This document shows, in pieces, positions 26,915 through 36,268 of a stretch of 56,886 nt of DNA. The notes under the pieces were generated by a model that was not told the origin of the DNA, did not search any database, and saw only the letters and a list, made by a program, of their open reading frames with translations. Location: IMG/VR virus record IMGVR_UViG_3300033066_001236, one strand, 5' to 3'. The stretch's first letter is position 1. Each line of letters starts with the position of its first letter. The position numbers and the translations under genes were made by a program. The DNA is from an uncultured virus (IMG/VR IMGVR_UViG_3300033066_001236). Taxonomy: Duplodnaviria > Heunggongvirae > Uroviricota > Caudoviricetes.

Positions 26915-27448
26915 ATGAGTCTATATTTTTATGTTGACATGGATGGTGTTCTGGTAAACTTTGACAAGAGGTTTCAGAAAGCCATGCCCGGTGTCAAGGA
27001 AGAAGATGACTGGCTGTGGGAGGACTTACACAAAATAGACCCCCTTATTTATTTGCATGCAGAACCCATGCCTGGAGCTGAGCAGCTTTGGAGGTTTTGT
27101 CATGACCTCGGGGAGACCCGAGTACTTACCGCTATACCTCGGCGGTGGAGTTGGCCCGACGTTACCAAACACAAGAGAGAGTGGATGGTAAACAACTTGG
27201 GCTTAGAAGACCCCAAGGATGTGCTCTTTGGCCCTTACCCAGAAGATAAACAGTTTCACTGTAAAGGCGCTAATCACATACTCATCGATGACAAGTCACG
27301 CAACATAGAGCAGTGGAAAGCCCGGGGCGGTACGGGAGTGTTGTATAATACCTTCTCTGAGACTATAAGAGACTTGAGAGATGCAGTAATTTCGTTAAGG
27401 ACAAACTTTGTATGGGATACGATTCGGACCACCCCAAAGAACGTATAG
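26915..27448 (+). CDS. 5'(3')-deoxyribonucleotidase-like HAD protein
   Basis: YVDMDGVLVNF, LTA, KREW, ILIDD..RNIEQW...GG.G. Confidence 0.85.
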   Translation: MSLYFYVDMDGVLVNFDKRFQKAMPGVKEEDDWLWEDLHKIDPLIYLHAEPMPGAEQLWRFCHDLGETRVLTAIPRRWSWPDVTKHKREWMVNNLGLEDPKDVLFGPYPEDKQFHCKGANHILIDDKSRNIEQWKARGGTGVLYNTFSETIRDLRDAVISLRTNFVWDTIRTTPKNV

Positions 27449-27603
27449 CAAGAGGGAATCCGTACTACTGCTGCAGGTACTGCAAAGTGTCGGACCCGCA
27501 AATAAACGGTAGGCTGGTGAATCATCTGTCTACCTGTGAATACAGAAGAATAAAGGAACTGGAGACAAGCTATGAGCAACCAAACATCACAGGTCGAAGT
27601 TGA
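27412..27603 (+). CDS. Small Cys/His-rich protein
   Basis: CRYC...HLSTC. Confidence 0.5.
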   Translation: MGYDSDHPKERIARGNPYYCCRYCKVSDPQINGRLVNHLSTCEYRRIKELETSYEQPNITGRS

Positions 27604-28030
27604 CGGGGACACCGTCATACATGAAATAGCGATACTGCATCGAAGTAGCCATTGGGCTGACGACTCCGACTCTTATGACTACGTTTGTAGACATCTGTCA
27701 GAGTTTGTCGAAGTCACGGACAAAGACTTTAAGATTTTGCTAGAGTACTGTAATTATCAAAACGACTATCTAGTGGTAGAGAGAGTGCCGAAGACGGATG
27801 TAAGAGAATTCATCGCCCGATCGCAAGAGTTCGTTAAGAAACGGCGTGCGGAAATACTGAAGGCTCAAAGAGAAGCCGAAGCTAGACGCAAAGCTGCCGA
27901 ACAGGCCCGGAAAGCTAAAGAGGAAGCCAAGCGTTTAAAGAACGCCGTAAGTACAAAGGAAAGACTTAGACGAGAGGCTGCTGAGTTAGGCCTCACTCTG
28001 GTGCCAGCACCTGACAATCCAAATCCCTGA
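27572..28030 (+). CDS. Hypothetical protein
   Basis: GGAG RBS; charged helical C-terminus. Confidence 0.65.
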   Translation: MSNQTSQVEVDGDTVIHEIAILHRSSHWADDSDSYDYVCRHLSEFVEVTDKDFKILLEYCNYQNDYLVVERVPKTDVREFIARSQEFVKKRRAEILKAQREAEARRKAAEQARKAKEEAKRLKNAVSTKERLRREAAELGLTLVPAPDNPNP

Positions 28031-28103
28031 CATGGGAAGTTATTTGGTATAAGACAAATGTGGAGAACCTGTGTTAAACTACTAGTTCTCGCTCAGACAA
28101 TTC

Positions 28104-28179
28104 GGAGCCATCATCTAGCGGTCTAGGATACCGTCCTTTCACGGCGGTCACGGGGGTTCAAATCCCCCTGGCTCTACCA
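28104..28179 (+). tRNA. tRNA-Glu(UUC)
   Basis: CCGTC-CTTTCAC-GGCGG, CCA. Confidence 0.95.
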
Positions 28180-28391
28180 GTTACTCAACCACCCAACTGG
28201 AGAAAGTGTGAGTCAGACTCATTCGTTCACCGCCAAGTTCAAGACCTTGCACTGGTGGTACTGTTCAAAGTGCGGGCTTATTTTGTTGAACAATAAAGCT
28301 ACTGCCAAAGCGGCCAAAGGCCCTTGTGATACTGAAGGCCTAAAACCTGCCCCTGACTGGGTCAGAAACGCCTAACTTTCAACCCCAACCT

Positions 28392-28470
28392 CCGTCGCTC
28401 GCCTAGCCTGGTTATGGCACCTGATTTGGGATCAGGAATAACGTAAGTTCGAATCTTACGCGACGGACCA
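28392..28470 (+). tRNA. tRNA-Pro(UGG)
   Basis: CCTGA-TTTGGGA-TCAGG, C1:G72, CCA. Confidence 0.93.
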
Positions 28471-28478
28471 ATTCAACC

Positions 28479-28554
28479 GGTGGAGTAGCTCAGACGGTAG
28501 AGCAACGGACTGAAAATTCGTGTGTCGTTGGTTCGATTCCAACCTCCACCACCA
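28479..28554 (+). tRNA. tRNA-Phe(GAA)
   Basis: ACGGA-CTGAAAA-TTCGT, CCA. Confidence 0.95.
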
Positions 28555-28575
28555 ATCAAATCTCAAGGAGTACTT

Positions 28576-28830
28576 ATGTTAGGTACTAGAACCTCCCTCC
28601 TGCTGGCCACTGCTTTGCTGGCAAGTGCATCTGCACCCGGAAATGTCTCCCTCAATCTCCCAGAGCCCCGTAAAGGTCGCTCTCCTCGTAACCTGGAGGG
28701 TGAGTACTTAGGTCAAGAGCCCGAAGAAGTCAAACAGTGGAACGCAGCCGTAGACGCCAGGAAAGCGGCCAAGCGGGAGCGCCAACAGATAAGGGCTGCC
28801 CAGACCTCTGCATCTCGGCCGAAGAAGTGA
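28576..28830 (+). CDS. Hypothetical protein
   Basis: AAGGAG RBS, ATG 28576. Confidence 0.6.
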   Translation: MLGTRTSLLLATALLASASAPGNVSLNLPEPRKGRSPRNLEGEYLGQEPEEVKQWNAAVDARKAAKRERQQIRAAQTSASRPKK

Positions 28831-29342
28831 CGGATGCACTATGACTTGGATCTTTGTAATTTGCGTCGGCACGGCCCAGTGCATACAACAGCCCGTAACT
28901 GACCGTCAAGAGTGCTATCGCACCCTATCAAACGCCAGACTGGCCGTTGGTGCAACAGCGTACTGCGTACCTAAGCTCGAAAAACAACCATGAGTTATAC
29001 CGAGCACATTTGTAGCATACACGGCTTCGGTGCTCTCGGAGATAGTTGTCCCGCCTGCACTGACCGTACGGGCCCAGGTACTACCCATGCCCAGGCTAAA
29101 AGAGTAGCTCGAACCCATCCTCCCCTGCCACTTCTTCCATTCAAGGACGCAATCATGTCTTTCATTACCAACTGGTTGGAAAACTTAGGGGTTAAAGTAG
29201 CCCTGGTCATTCTGGCGTATTCAGCGTTTGTGAAAATAGTCATTCCCGAAGGTTTCGTAACCGATCGCCCTGGGTCCCTCATCCTTTTAGTTTTCGGTCT
29301 TCTGGCGTGTGTTTTCATGACCCTTGTAAACGAGTAGAATAT

Positions 29343-29418
29343 GGAGTCCGTAGCTCAGTGGCAGTAGCCCCGGGTTGTGACCCCGGTTACGTCGGTTCGA
29401 TTCCGGCCGGACTCCCCA
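29343..29418 (+). tRNA. tRNA-His(GUG)
   Basis: Encoded G-1:C73, CCGGG-TTGTGAC-CCCGG, CCA. Confidence 0.95.
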
Positions 29419-29450
29419 ACCCCCTTTAAATTAACTCAAGAAAGCGAACA

Positions 29451-29645
29451 ATGACCTTCCTTCTCCTCCTCACAATCTTCTTTTTAGCCGCCATGGCTTA
29501 CATGTACACTCCCTGGGCGCATGACAGAATTGAGAAACTTACCTTAGAGCCGGGCAACCGTATGCTGAGAATTGGTTTTGGTCAAAATGAGAACAAATGG
29601 TTCTTTCGCATAGATTTCTGGTTCTTTGGTATAAGAATTAAGTAA
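29451..29645 (+). CDS. Small membrane protein
   Basis: Hydrophobic N-terminus. Confidence 0.5.
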   Translation: MTFLLLLTIFFLAAMAYMYTPWAHDRIEKLTLEPGNRMLRIGFGQNENKWFFRIDFWFFGIRIK

Positions 29646-29663
29646 CCAACAATAAGGACCATC

Positions 29664-29912
29664 ATGCACTGCCCCTGCGTTGAACTCTCCACCGGCCACG
29701 TTTTTGTGCCCGACGCGGTCCGGGCCATAACCCCCGTCGAACAGAAGCTTGAGAGCTACCCTGCTTTCTTTAAAGTCGTCGGAGTAGGCTACGTTGTAGA
29801 AATCTCCTTCCCTTGGAGTTTCTCCCCCGGACCCCTAGGCCAGTACTTACAAGCGGTCCACAAGGTTCGTCAGGAATTCATTGACAAACTTCTTCAATCA
29901 CCCTCTTCGTAG
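29664..29912 (+). CDS. Hypothetical protein
   Basis: AAGGA RBS. Confidence 0.55.
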   Translation: MHCPCVELSTGHVFVPDAVRAITPVEQKLESYPAFFKVVGVGYVVEISFPWSFSPGPLGQYLQAVHKVRQEFIDKLLQSPSS

Positions 29913-29921
29913 GAGCCCACC

Positions 29922-30455
29922 ATGACGACAGCCCGTCCCGAGCCCACCTCTTCGCAATTGTTGTCCTCCATGATGGCTTTGGTGGCCACCGAGTTCGAAG
30001 GTAAGCTTGACAAAGGCGATAACCCTTATTTCATGCACTGTTACCACGTCATGTACGAGGTACGGGCATACGGCCCGGAAGTCATGATGATCGCGCTTGG
30101 TCATGATCTCATCGAAGACCGAGGCAAGACCGTCACGTATACCCGCTTGGCAACGGAAGGGTACCCTTCCCGAGTCATAGAGGGCATACGGGCCTTAACG
30201 AAAGTTCCCGGCGAATCGTACGAAGAGTACAAAGCCAAGGTGAAGCTCAACCCCGACGCTGTGATTGTCAAGATGGCCGACATCCGCCACAATTCCGATA
30301 TTCGTCGGTTGAAGGGCGTGACCAGTAAAGACATCGAACGGACCGTCGATTACTTGAAGTTCTACGAAGAGCTGAAACGGTTCAAAGAACTCCAGGACCA
30401 AGAGCAGGGGTTTAAAGCATCAACTTCTGCCTACGCCAATAAGCCCATACCTTGA
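29922..30455 (+). CDS. HD-domain hydrolase (RelA/SpoT-HD, small alarmone hydrolase-like)
   Basis: DKGDNPYFMHC..V, GHDLIED, ALTK, VKMADIRHN. Confidence 0.85.
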   Translation: MTTARPEPTSSQLLSSMMALVATEFEGKLDKGDNPYFMHCYHVMYEVRAYGPEVMMIALGHDLIEDRGKTVTYTRLATEGYPSRVIEGIRALTKVPGESYEEYKAKVKLNPDAVIVKMADIRHNSDIRRLKGVTSKDIERTVDYLKFYEELKRFKELQDQEQGFKASTSAYANKPIP

Positions 30456-30470
30456 TTCTTAGGAGTAACC

Positions 30471-30926
30471 GTGTTTACTGACGCAGAGCTTCTCCCCCTG
30501 ATTGAGGGGTACTCAAGGGGTACGGCCACGGATAGAGAGATATTGGATATAATCCACATAGTGCTCTGTAAACTACAGGACGTGGCCTACTCCCCTAACG
30601 CAGGTCATGGGGTCGTCTTGTACCAAGCGCGATCCAGGCCGGATTCAGACTGGAGAAATACCTCCTATGACGACTACCTTACAATACTCGAGCGTAACCC
30701 TTCGGCCGCCAACGTTACAGTCCGGAGACTCTACGATCAGAAGCTGGTGACCGCTCTCAAGACGCAGATAACGGATCTAGAAAATACGTTACGGACGACC
30801 AATTCGAGAGTTCTTAGACTGCAGCGTGAATTAGCAGATTGGAAAAGAGAGTATGAGTTGGTTGAGAAACATAGGCAGACACTTCTGGACCGATTACGTG
30901 AGTTGAGGGCTCAGGTCGGCGAGTAG
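30471..30926 (+). CDS. Hypothetical protein
   Basis: AGGAG RBS; coiled-coil C-terminus. Confidence 0.6.
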   Translation: MFTDAELLPLIEGYSRGTATDREILDIIHIVLCKLQDVAYSPNAGHGVVLYQARSRPDSDWRNTSYDDYLTILERNPSAANVTVRRLYDQKLVTALKTQITDLENTLRTTNSRVLRLQRELADWKREYELVEKHRQTLLDRLRELRAQVGE

Positions 30927-30946
30927 GTAATCGACTCAGCGAAAAT

Positions 30947-31033
30947 GCCCAGATGGCGAAATTGGTAGACGCCCATCCTTGAGGTGGATGTGCCCGAAAG
31001 GGCGTGGAGGTTCGAGTCCTCTTCTGGGCACCA
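30947..31033 (+). tRNA. tRNA-Leu(GAG)
   Basis: CATCC-TTGAGGT-GGATG, V-arm, CCA. Confidence 0.95.
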
Positions 31034-31055
31034 TTTGTAACCTAAGGAGAAATCC

Positions 31056-31319
31056 ATGGATGAAAATTTCGCGCTAGGGCTACTAGTAGTCTTCGCTGTT
31101 GTAGGTGTCGTCACGGGGTTTATGCTTTTACGAAACCATTGCGCCTTCAAGGTAGAAATCCACATTCTCGGAGACAAAAAGGAGACACGTGACCGTAGAT
31201 GGGCACGCTACGCAAGTCTCCCTAGACATGAGGACATGGTATTCAACCCTAGGTACTGGCTTCTATGGACCCCGGGTCAGTGGATGGCCTGGTTGGACAA
31301 GAAGGCAGGCAAAGACTGA
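31056..31319 (+). CDS. Small membrane protein, paralog A
   Basis: LPRHEDMVFNPRYWLLWT. Confidence 0.7.
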   Translation: MDENFALGLLVVFAVVGVVTGFMLLRNHCAFKVEIHILGDKKETRDRRWARYASLPRHEDMVFNPRYWLLWTPGQWMAWLDKKAGKD

Positions 31320-31361
31320 AGCGCCTGCGAAGGCTTAACGACATGAACCAAGGAGAACATC

Positions 31362-31643
31362 TTGACAGCTGAACTAGCTAACGAAATTCTTACATGGCTA
31401 TCGCTGCTCGGTATTACAGCCGGCACCGCCACTATAATTCGAAATAACGCAGTCTTGCGGATCAGGGCCGAGATTCTCCTCAACCCTAAACTTTCGGTTG
31501 CGTTTCGCAATAAACGTCACTCTAGCCTGCCTTCGTACGAGGCCATGGTCTTCTCGCCAAAGTACTGGCTTCTGTGGTCAACCGAAAGTTGGGAGCGGTG
31601 GATAGACAGGCACATGTTCCCGCCCCCGCCGACGGAGGGATGA
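31362..31643 (+). CDS. Small membrane protein, paralog B
   Basis: LPSYEAMVFSPKYWLLWS. Confidence 0.7.
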   Translation: MTAELANEILTWLSLLGITAGTATIIRNNAVLRIRAEILLNPKLSVAFRNKRHSSLPSYEAMVFSPKYWLLWSTESWERWIDRHMFPPPPTEG

Positions 31644-31822
31644 AAGCCAAATGAAAACTCTACGACAAATAGTCGCGCTTGTTTCCATGCTTCTTCTCCT
31701 CGTCATGACGTTAGTTGTTTTCGGTCCCGTGAGGATAATCCCTGCCTGGGCTCAAAGCTGGGCAGCATGGGTAACTAACGTCTTGTGGGAAGACTTCTAG
31801 GGAATTTCGAGAACAAGTAAAA

Positions 31823-31909
31823 GCCCCGATGGCGAAATTGGTAGACGCAACAGGTTTAGGTCCTGTCGCCCGTAAGGGTGTGTCGGTTCGAGTCCGGCTC
31901 GGGGCACCA
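31823..31909 (+). tRNA. tRNA-Leu(UAG)
   Basis: ACAGG-TTTAGGT-CCTGT, V-arm, CCA. Confidence 0.95.
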
Positions 31910-31933
31910 TAAAAAATAACGTTAAGAGAGAAA

Positions 31934-32485
31934 ATGAAAGTATACATTGGCCCGTACGTCAAGTGGTGGGGGCCTTATCAGATTGCTGATCTACTTCAGT
32001 ACGTGGGGGTTAGCGAAGAGACTTGTCACAAGATAGGTCACTGGCTTTCCGAGACGTGGGTGGGAACGCTTGCTCAGAAGATTCATGACAAACGATCTCG
32101 ATCGGTCCGAATACGAATCGACAAGTACGACACTTGGTCTATGGACCATACCCTCGCCCTGATCGTGTTGCCCATGCTTAGCCAGCTAAAGGCCACCAAA
32201 CATGGGAGTCCCAACGTTGACGACGAAGATGTTCCACCTGAACTGAGAGCAAGTGCCGCCCCCTTGCTAAAGAACTCGTGGGATCTCGACGAGAACTTCC
32301 ATCGTCGGTGGGAGTATGTCATAGACCGAATGATCTGGTCGTTTGAGCAACTGGTGCTGGAAGACGATTCCATTTACTACTACGACGGTGGCGCTTACAA
32401 CTATGAGAAGCACCGAGACTACCAAATGCAAATCCAGAAAGGCTTGGTGCTATTTGGGAAGTACTTCCGCAGCCTATGGGACTGA
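31934..32485 (+). CDS. Conserved-looking phage hypothetical protein
   Basis: IDKYDTWSMDHTLA...KHGSP...LFGKYFRSLWD. Confidence 0.75.
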   Translation: MKVYIGPYVKWWGPYQIADLLQYVGVSEETCHKIGHWLSETWVGTLAQKIHDKRSRSVRIRIDKYDTWSMDHTLALIVLPMLSQLKATKHGSPNVDDEDVPPELRASAAPLLKNSWDLDENFHRRWEYVIDRMIWSFEQLVLEDDSIYYYDGGAYNYEKHRDYQMQIQKGLVLFGKYFRSLWD

Positions 32486-32538
32486 GGTCCCGTCCAGCAC
32501 CTTTTTTTCAACTACTCTGAATAGAAAGTCCAATTACC

Positions 32539-32745
32539 ATGTTGATTAACAGCGTTCTCTGGCTCCTGATGTGGGCCGCGTTTGGGGCCTTGATGGGCTG
32601 GGCTGGATGGGGCATTTTCGTTCCTGGGTTGCTCCTCGGGCTCGTTGTTGCCACCGGCTTCCTCATCTTCTACTGGCTGTCTACGACTGGTGACAAGGTA
32701 CTGGACGAGCTCTTTGGGTCTACGGACCCCACTAAGGGGAAATAA
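32539..32745 (+). CDS. Small membrane protein
   Basis: Two hydrophobic segments. Confidence 0.6.
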   Translation: MLINSVLWLLMWAAFGALMGWAGWGIFVPGLLLGLVVATGFLIFYWLSTTGDKVLDELFGSTDPTKGK

Positions 32746-33773
32746 TGTACACCCTACTTTCCCGGGATGAGTTCCGAGAGGGGGTCTTCGCCAGAGACAA
32801 GCACACGTGCATTTTGTGTGGAGCCCCGGGGCAAGATGCTCATCACATAATGGAGCGTCGGTTATGGCCTGACGGAGGTTACTACTTAGCCAACGGGGCT
32901 ACGGTTTGTGGCCCCTGTCACATCGCTTGCGAACAGACGCTGATCTCCCCAGATACCCTGTGGGACAAGATCAAGGTCAACGAAAGATTCCTACCGCCGC
33001 ACCTCTATACTGACCAAGAATACGACAAGTGGGGGAACCCCGTTCTAGCGAGCCGACTAAGAACCCGAGGGGAGTTGTTTGACGACCCGAGTGTTCAAAA
33101 GGTTCTAAAAGAAGGTGACGTGCTGTCTCTTTTTACCCACTATGTGAAGTACCCAAGAACCTATCATCTGCCTTGGTCTAGGGGCGTTAACGATGACGAC
33201 AGAATAATGGAATCTCGTTCTGGTTTCGAAGGCCGTCGGGTAATAGTGACGGAGAAAATGGACGGGGAAAATACTTCGATGTACTCGGATTATTTTCACG
33301 CTAGAAGCGTTGACGGTCGAAACCACTCATCGAGAGCCTGGGCTAAACAACTTTGGGGCAGGATCATGGGAGACATCCCGGAGGACTGGCGAGTTTGCGG
33401 TGAGAATTTATACGCCCAACATTCGCTTACCTATAACAATTTGCCATCGTACTTTATGGGCTTTTCCATCTGGGACGAAAGTAACGTGTGTCTAGACTGG
33501 GATGACACTCAGTCGTGGTTTCTACTGCTTGGAATCACGTCAGTACCCGTGCTGTATGACGGTATCTACGACGAAGCTTTGCTGAGAAAGTTGGCTGATA
33601 GCCTGGACCCCAGCGTATCGGAGGGCTATGTGGTGAGAGTAGCCGACAGGATTCCCTACTCGCAGTTTAGACACACCGTTGGCAAGTATGTCAGGGCCAA
33701 TCACGTTCAGACAGCCAAGCATTGGATGCACGGTCAGAGAGTCGTTCCCAATCAACTTGCCGCCAAAGTATAA
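32745..33773 (+). CDS. HNH-like domain fused to an ATP-dependent RNA ligase
   Basis: N-terminal CILCG..DAHHI..NGATVCGPCH; C-terminal KYPRTYHLPWS, TEKMDGEN, CGEN, EGYVVR, KYVR. Confidence 0.85.
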   Translation: MYTLLSRDEFREGVFARDKHTCILCGAPGQDAHHIMERRLWPDGGYYLANGATVCGPCHIACEQTLISPDTLWDKIKVNERFLPPHLYTDQEYDKWGNPVLASRLRTRGELFDDPSVQKVLKEGDVLSLFTHYVKYPRTYHLPWSRGVNDDDRIMESRSGFEGRRVIVTEKMDGENTSMYSDYFHARSVDGRNHSSRAWAKQLWGRIMGDIPEDWRVCGENLYAQHSLTYNNLPSYFMGFSIWDESNVCLDWDDTQSWFLLLGITSVPVLYDGIYDEALLRKLADSLDPSVSEGYVVRVADRIPYSQFRHTVGKYVRANHVQTAKHWMHGQRVVPNQLAAKV

Positions 33774-33882
33774 CTCAGGTACAATAACCCATGTTTAGAA
33801 TATTACTAGATACTGTTGTGCTCTGGGCTCTCATAGCGGTTAGGGGCTTGCTTCGTATTCTAAGGGACATTGGTGGTATAAG

Positions 33883-34143
33883 ATGATATGGGAATGGATT
33901 TATGTATTTGTCGCAATCTTTGCAGCCGACGTGTTTTGGACCCTGTACATACAAAAAGTGCAGGAATCCAGACCGGTGGCAGCGGGGCTGTGGGCAGTTG
34001 CTTTGTTTATTCCCGGTGCCCTAGTCACCCTGTCGTATGTCCGAGAGCCTATCCTGCTCATCCCAGCTTGTTTAGGAGCCTTCACAGGTACCTACTGCAC
34101 TATCTGGTGGACGAACCGACAGAAACTAAAAAAGGCTCAATAG
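33883..34143 (+). CDS. Small membrane protein
   Basis: Three hydrophobic segments; its stop codon lies inside the following tRNA. Confidence 0.6.
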   Translation: MIWEWIYVFVAIFAADVFWTLYIQKVQESRPVAAGLWAVALFIPGALVTLSYVREPILLIPACLGAFTGTYCTIWWTNRQKLKKAQ

Positions 34144-34209
34144 CTCAGGGGTTAGAGCGGTGCCTTCATAAGGCATAGGTCGGTGGTTCAATTCCACCTT
34201 GAGCTACCA
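34134..34209 (+). tRNA. tRNA-CAU (elongator Met, or Ile2)
   Basis: GTGCC-TTCATAA-GGCAT, paired 1:72, CCA. Confidence 0.9.
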
Positions 34210-34239
34210 CCAACCAACCTTTTCACTTAAGGTGTCAAC

Positions 34240-34815
34240 ATGAATGTATCTTCCGCCCCGCACAACATCATCTCAACTCCGGCTATCGCCCTGGATCCAC
34301 GTCCCGGAGGGGCAGCCGCCGGAACTGCTCCTGCGAATTTGCCGGTCACCATGATCACAACCGGCCGGTCTCCCCGCAAGTACACTGAGGCCGAAATCGA
34401 AGCGGCCAAGGCCCAAGCTCTGCGCAAGATGGAAGCCCGCGAAAAGGTCATCAAGGAACAAAAGGAGTTCATCGCCAAGGCGGTGGCGGACCACGATCTC
34501 AAGTTTGTCTACTGCCGTGAAAAGCGACACAAGGACCATGAGATCCTTCTTCGCAACACGGGCGGCATGACGTTTGCCTACTCGTCGTCAAGCATCCAAG
34601 GCGGCACAGTACTGTTGGTCAGCAGCGCGGTGTGCTCCCGCCAGGACGCCTTTGACAAGCACCTGGGGCGCTACTATGCGGCCAAGGCGTTCTGTGACGG
34701 TCAAGCCATCAAGATGAAGGTTCAGTCCGCCAGGCAGGCCGGCTTCAAGCTCAAGTTGATGGGAGAAGGCATGCTGAACAAGATTTTCGACGCTTACGTC
34801 AGTTTCGACGTCTAA
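34240..34815 (+). CDS. Hypothetical phage protein
   Basis: GGMTFAY...AVCSRQDAFDKHLGR; host-like codon bias. Confidence 0.75.
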   Translation: MNVSSAPHNIISTPAIALDPRPGGAAAGTAPANLPVTMITTGRSPRKYTEAEIEAAKAQALRKMEAREKVIKEQKEFIAKAVADHDLKFVYCREKRHKDHEILLRNTGGMTFAYSSSSIQGGTVLLVSSAVCSRQDAFDKHLGRYYAAKAFCDGQAIKMKVQSARQAGFKLKLMGEGMLNKIFDAYVSFDV

Positions 34816-34823
34816 GCTCGAGT

Positions 34824-34911
34824 GGGTGTGTGGTCGAGTGGTTAATGGCAGCAGACTGTAAATCTGCCTCCCTTCGGGGATACGGTGGTTCGAATCCATC
34901 CGCACCCACCA
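34824..34911 (+). tRNA. tRNA-Tyr(GUA)
   Basis: GCAGA-CTGTAAA-TCTGC, V-arm, CCA. Confidence 0.95.
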
Positions 34912-34945
34912 ACTAAATAAATATAATCGACAGGAGCGTTGTCGT

Positions 34946-35146
34946 ATGTCCGACGACTTGGTTTACCGGCTACGCAAGAGAGCCGAGATTAGACGACAGA
35001 TTCCCACCCGGAAGTCTGTCCAGGAAGATCGGCCAGATAGACTGGCCGATCTTTTAGATGAAGCCGCAGATAGGATTGAAGCCGATGCTAGGCTCATAAC
35101 CTATATCGGGGCCGATCGAGATAGTCGAGATGGCTTTGTACGATAA
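34946..35146 (+). CDS. Hypothetical protein
   Basis: AGGAG RBS. Confidence 0.65.
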   Translation: MSDDLVYRLRKRAEIRRQIPTRKSVQEDRPDRLADLLDEAADRIEADARLITYIGADRDSRDGFVR

Positions 35147-35155
35147 AGGAGCCCG

Positions 35156-35512
35156 ATGGTAGAAATACACATCCTCAAGTCCTGGACTATGTTTTTCCAG
35201 GACATTCTTTTAGGTATCCGAACTTCGGACATTCGGTGGACTGGAGACCGGAGGTTCAAAGTAGGAGACTATCTTCGTTTAAACGAGTGGGACCCGGTTG
35301 TCATGAAATACACCGGTCGCTCTACCACGGTGCAGATCACCTATATCCAGACCAACAAAAGCAACCCCTGTGCAATTTCCGACAAGGCTTTGGCCGACGA
35401 CTACGCAGTTCTAAGCATCAAGCTAGCGGAACTTCCGATGCAAAACGTCACTGCCCCAACCCCCGCATCAACCATTCTCTCCCCATCAACTGCAAAGGAT
35501 ATTGAACCATGA
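35156..35512 (+). CDS. ASCH/DUF3850-like protein
   Basis: HILKSW..FF..I..G.RT.DIR..DRRFKVGDYLRL.E...YTGR...ITYI. Confidence 0.75.
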   Translation: MVEIHILKSWTMFFQDILLGIRTSDIRWTGDRRFKVGDYLRLNEWDPVVMKYTGRSTTVQITYIQTNKSNPCAISDKALADDYAVLSIKLAELPMQNVTAPTPASTILSPSTAKDIEP

Positions 35513-35763
35513 AACAACTTTGGATAAAGAGCTTCGAGTGGGCCGGTGCCACTTTCGGTGTGACCGGTATCGTCGTGGCTATCGCCGTAGCCATCGCCAT
35601 CGTATTTGGCTACCTTGCCAACCTCGTGCGACTAGGGTTCTTGATCCCTGACGTCATCCTGAATCCGACCGTCACTGATAACCTGGTTCTGCTGGTTCTG
35701 AGGATTCTAGGTCTCCTCATCGGCGTTCTAGGCGGGGTCATGGGTTGGGTACCCAATCCCTAG
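35509..35763 (+). CDS. Small membrane protein
   Basis: Two TM segments. Confidence 0.65.
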   Translation: MKQLWIKSFEWAGATFGVTGIVVAIAVAIAIVFGYLANLVRLGFLIPDVILNPTVTDNLVLLVLRILGLLIGVLGGVMGWVPNP

Positions 35764-35813
35764 TTTCCGCCATAAAAATGGTATAATAACTATAGAGGAG
35801 AACTCTCCTCTTT

Positions 35814-35900
35814 GCCCCTTTGACTGAGTGGTTGAAGGTAGCGGTCTTGTAAGCCGCCCTCGAAAGAGCGTCGCAGGTTCGAATCCTGTGGGGGGCACCA
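35814..35900 (+). tRNA. tRNA-Thr(UGU) with an atypical long variable arm
   Basis: GCGGT-CTTGTAA-GCCGC, V-arm CTC-GAAA-GAG, CCA. Confidence 0.9.
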
Positions 35901-35925
35901 TCAAACACCTTTCCCGGAGTACAAC

Positions 35926-36180
35926 GTGAACATTTCCCAAGAAACGCTGGAGGTATTGTGGGACACGTTCGTGGCTCACTTGGAGAACACGGCTCAACCC
36001 TTACCCAGGGAGAAGGGCCAAAAACACGCGACTCCCCATGTCAACATGCTGGGATCCGTAAAAGTCTACAAGAAGCTATTCATAGCTGCGAACCTACAGG
36101 AGTCAGAAGTTGTCAAAGTTCCAGAAGCATCCCTTCTCGATAAGGCTCCGCCTCAAAATATGGGATCTCTTGCACGATAA
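35926..36180 (+). CDS. Hypothetical protein
   Basis: GGAG RBS, GTG start. Confidence 0.5.
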   Translation: MNISQETLEVLWDTFVAHLENTAQPLPREKGQKHATPHVNMLGSVKVYKKLFIAANLQESEVVKVPEASLLDKAPPQNMGSLAR

Positions 36181-36268
36181 TCTGCCAGTTGAGTCCTGGT
36201 CAGCGGCCAAAGGGTTCACCTACAAGCTAGGCCCCTTTCGTATCCGTTTCAAATACTGAGGAGTTGTC

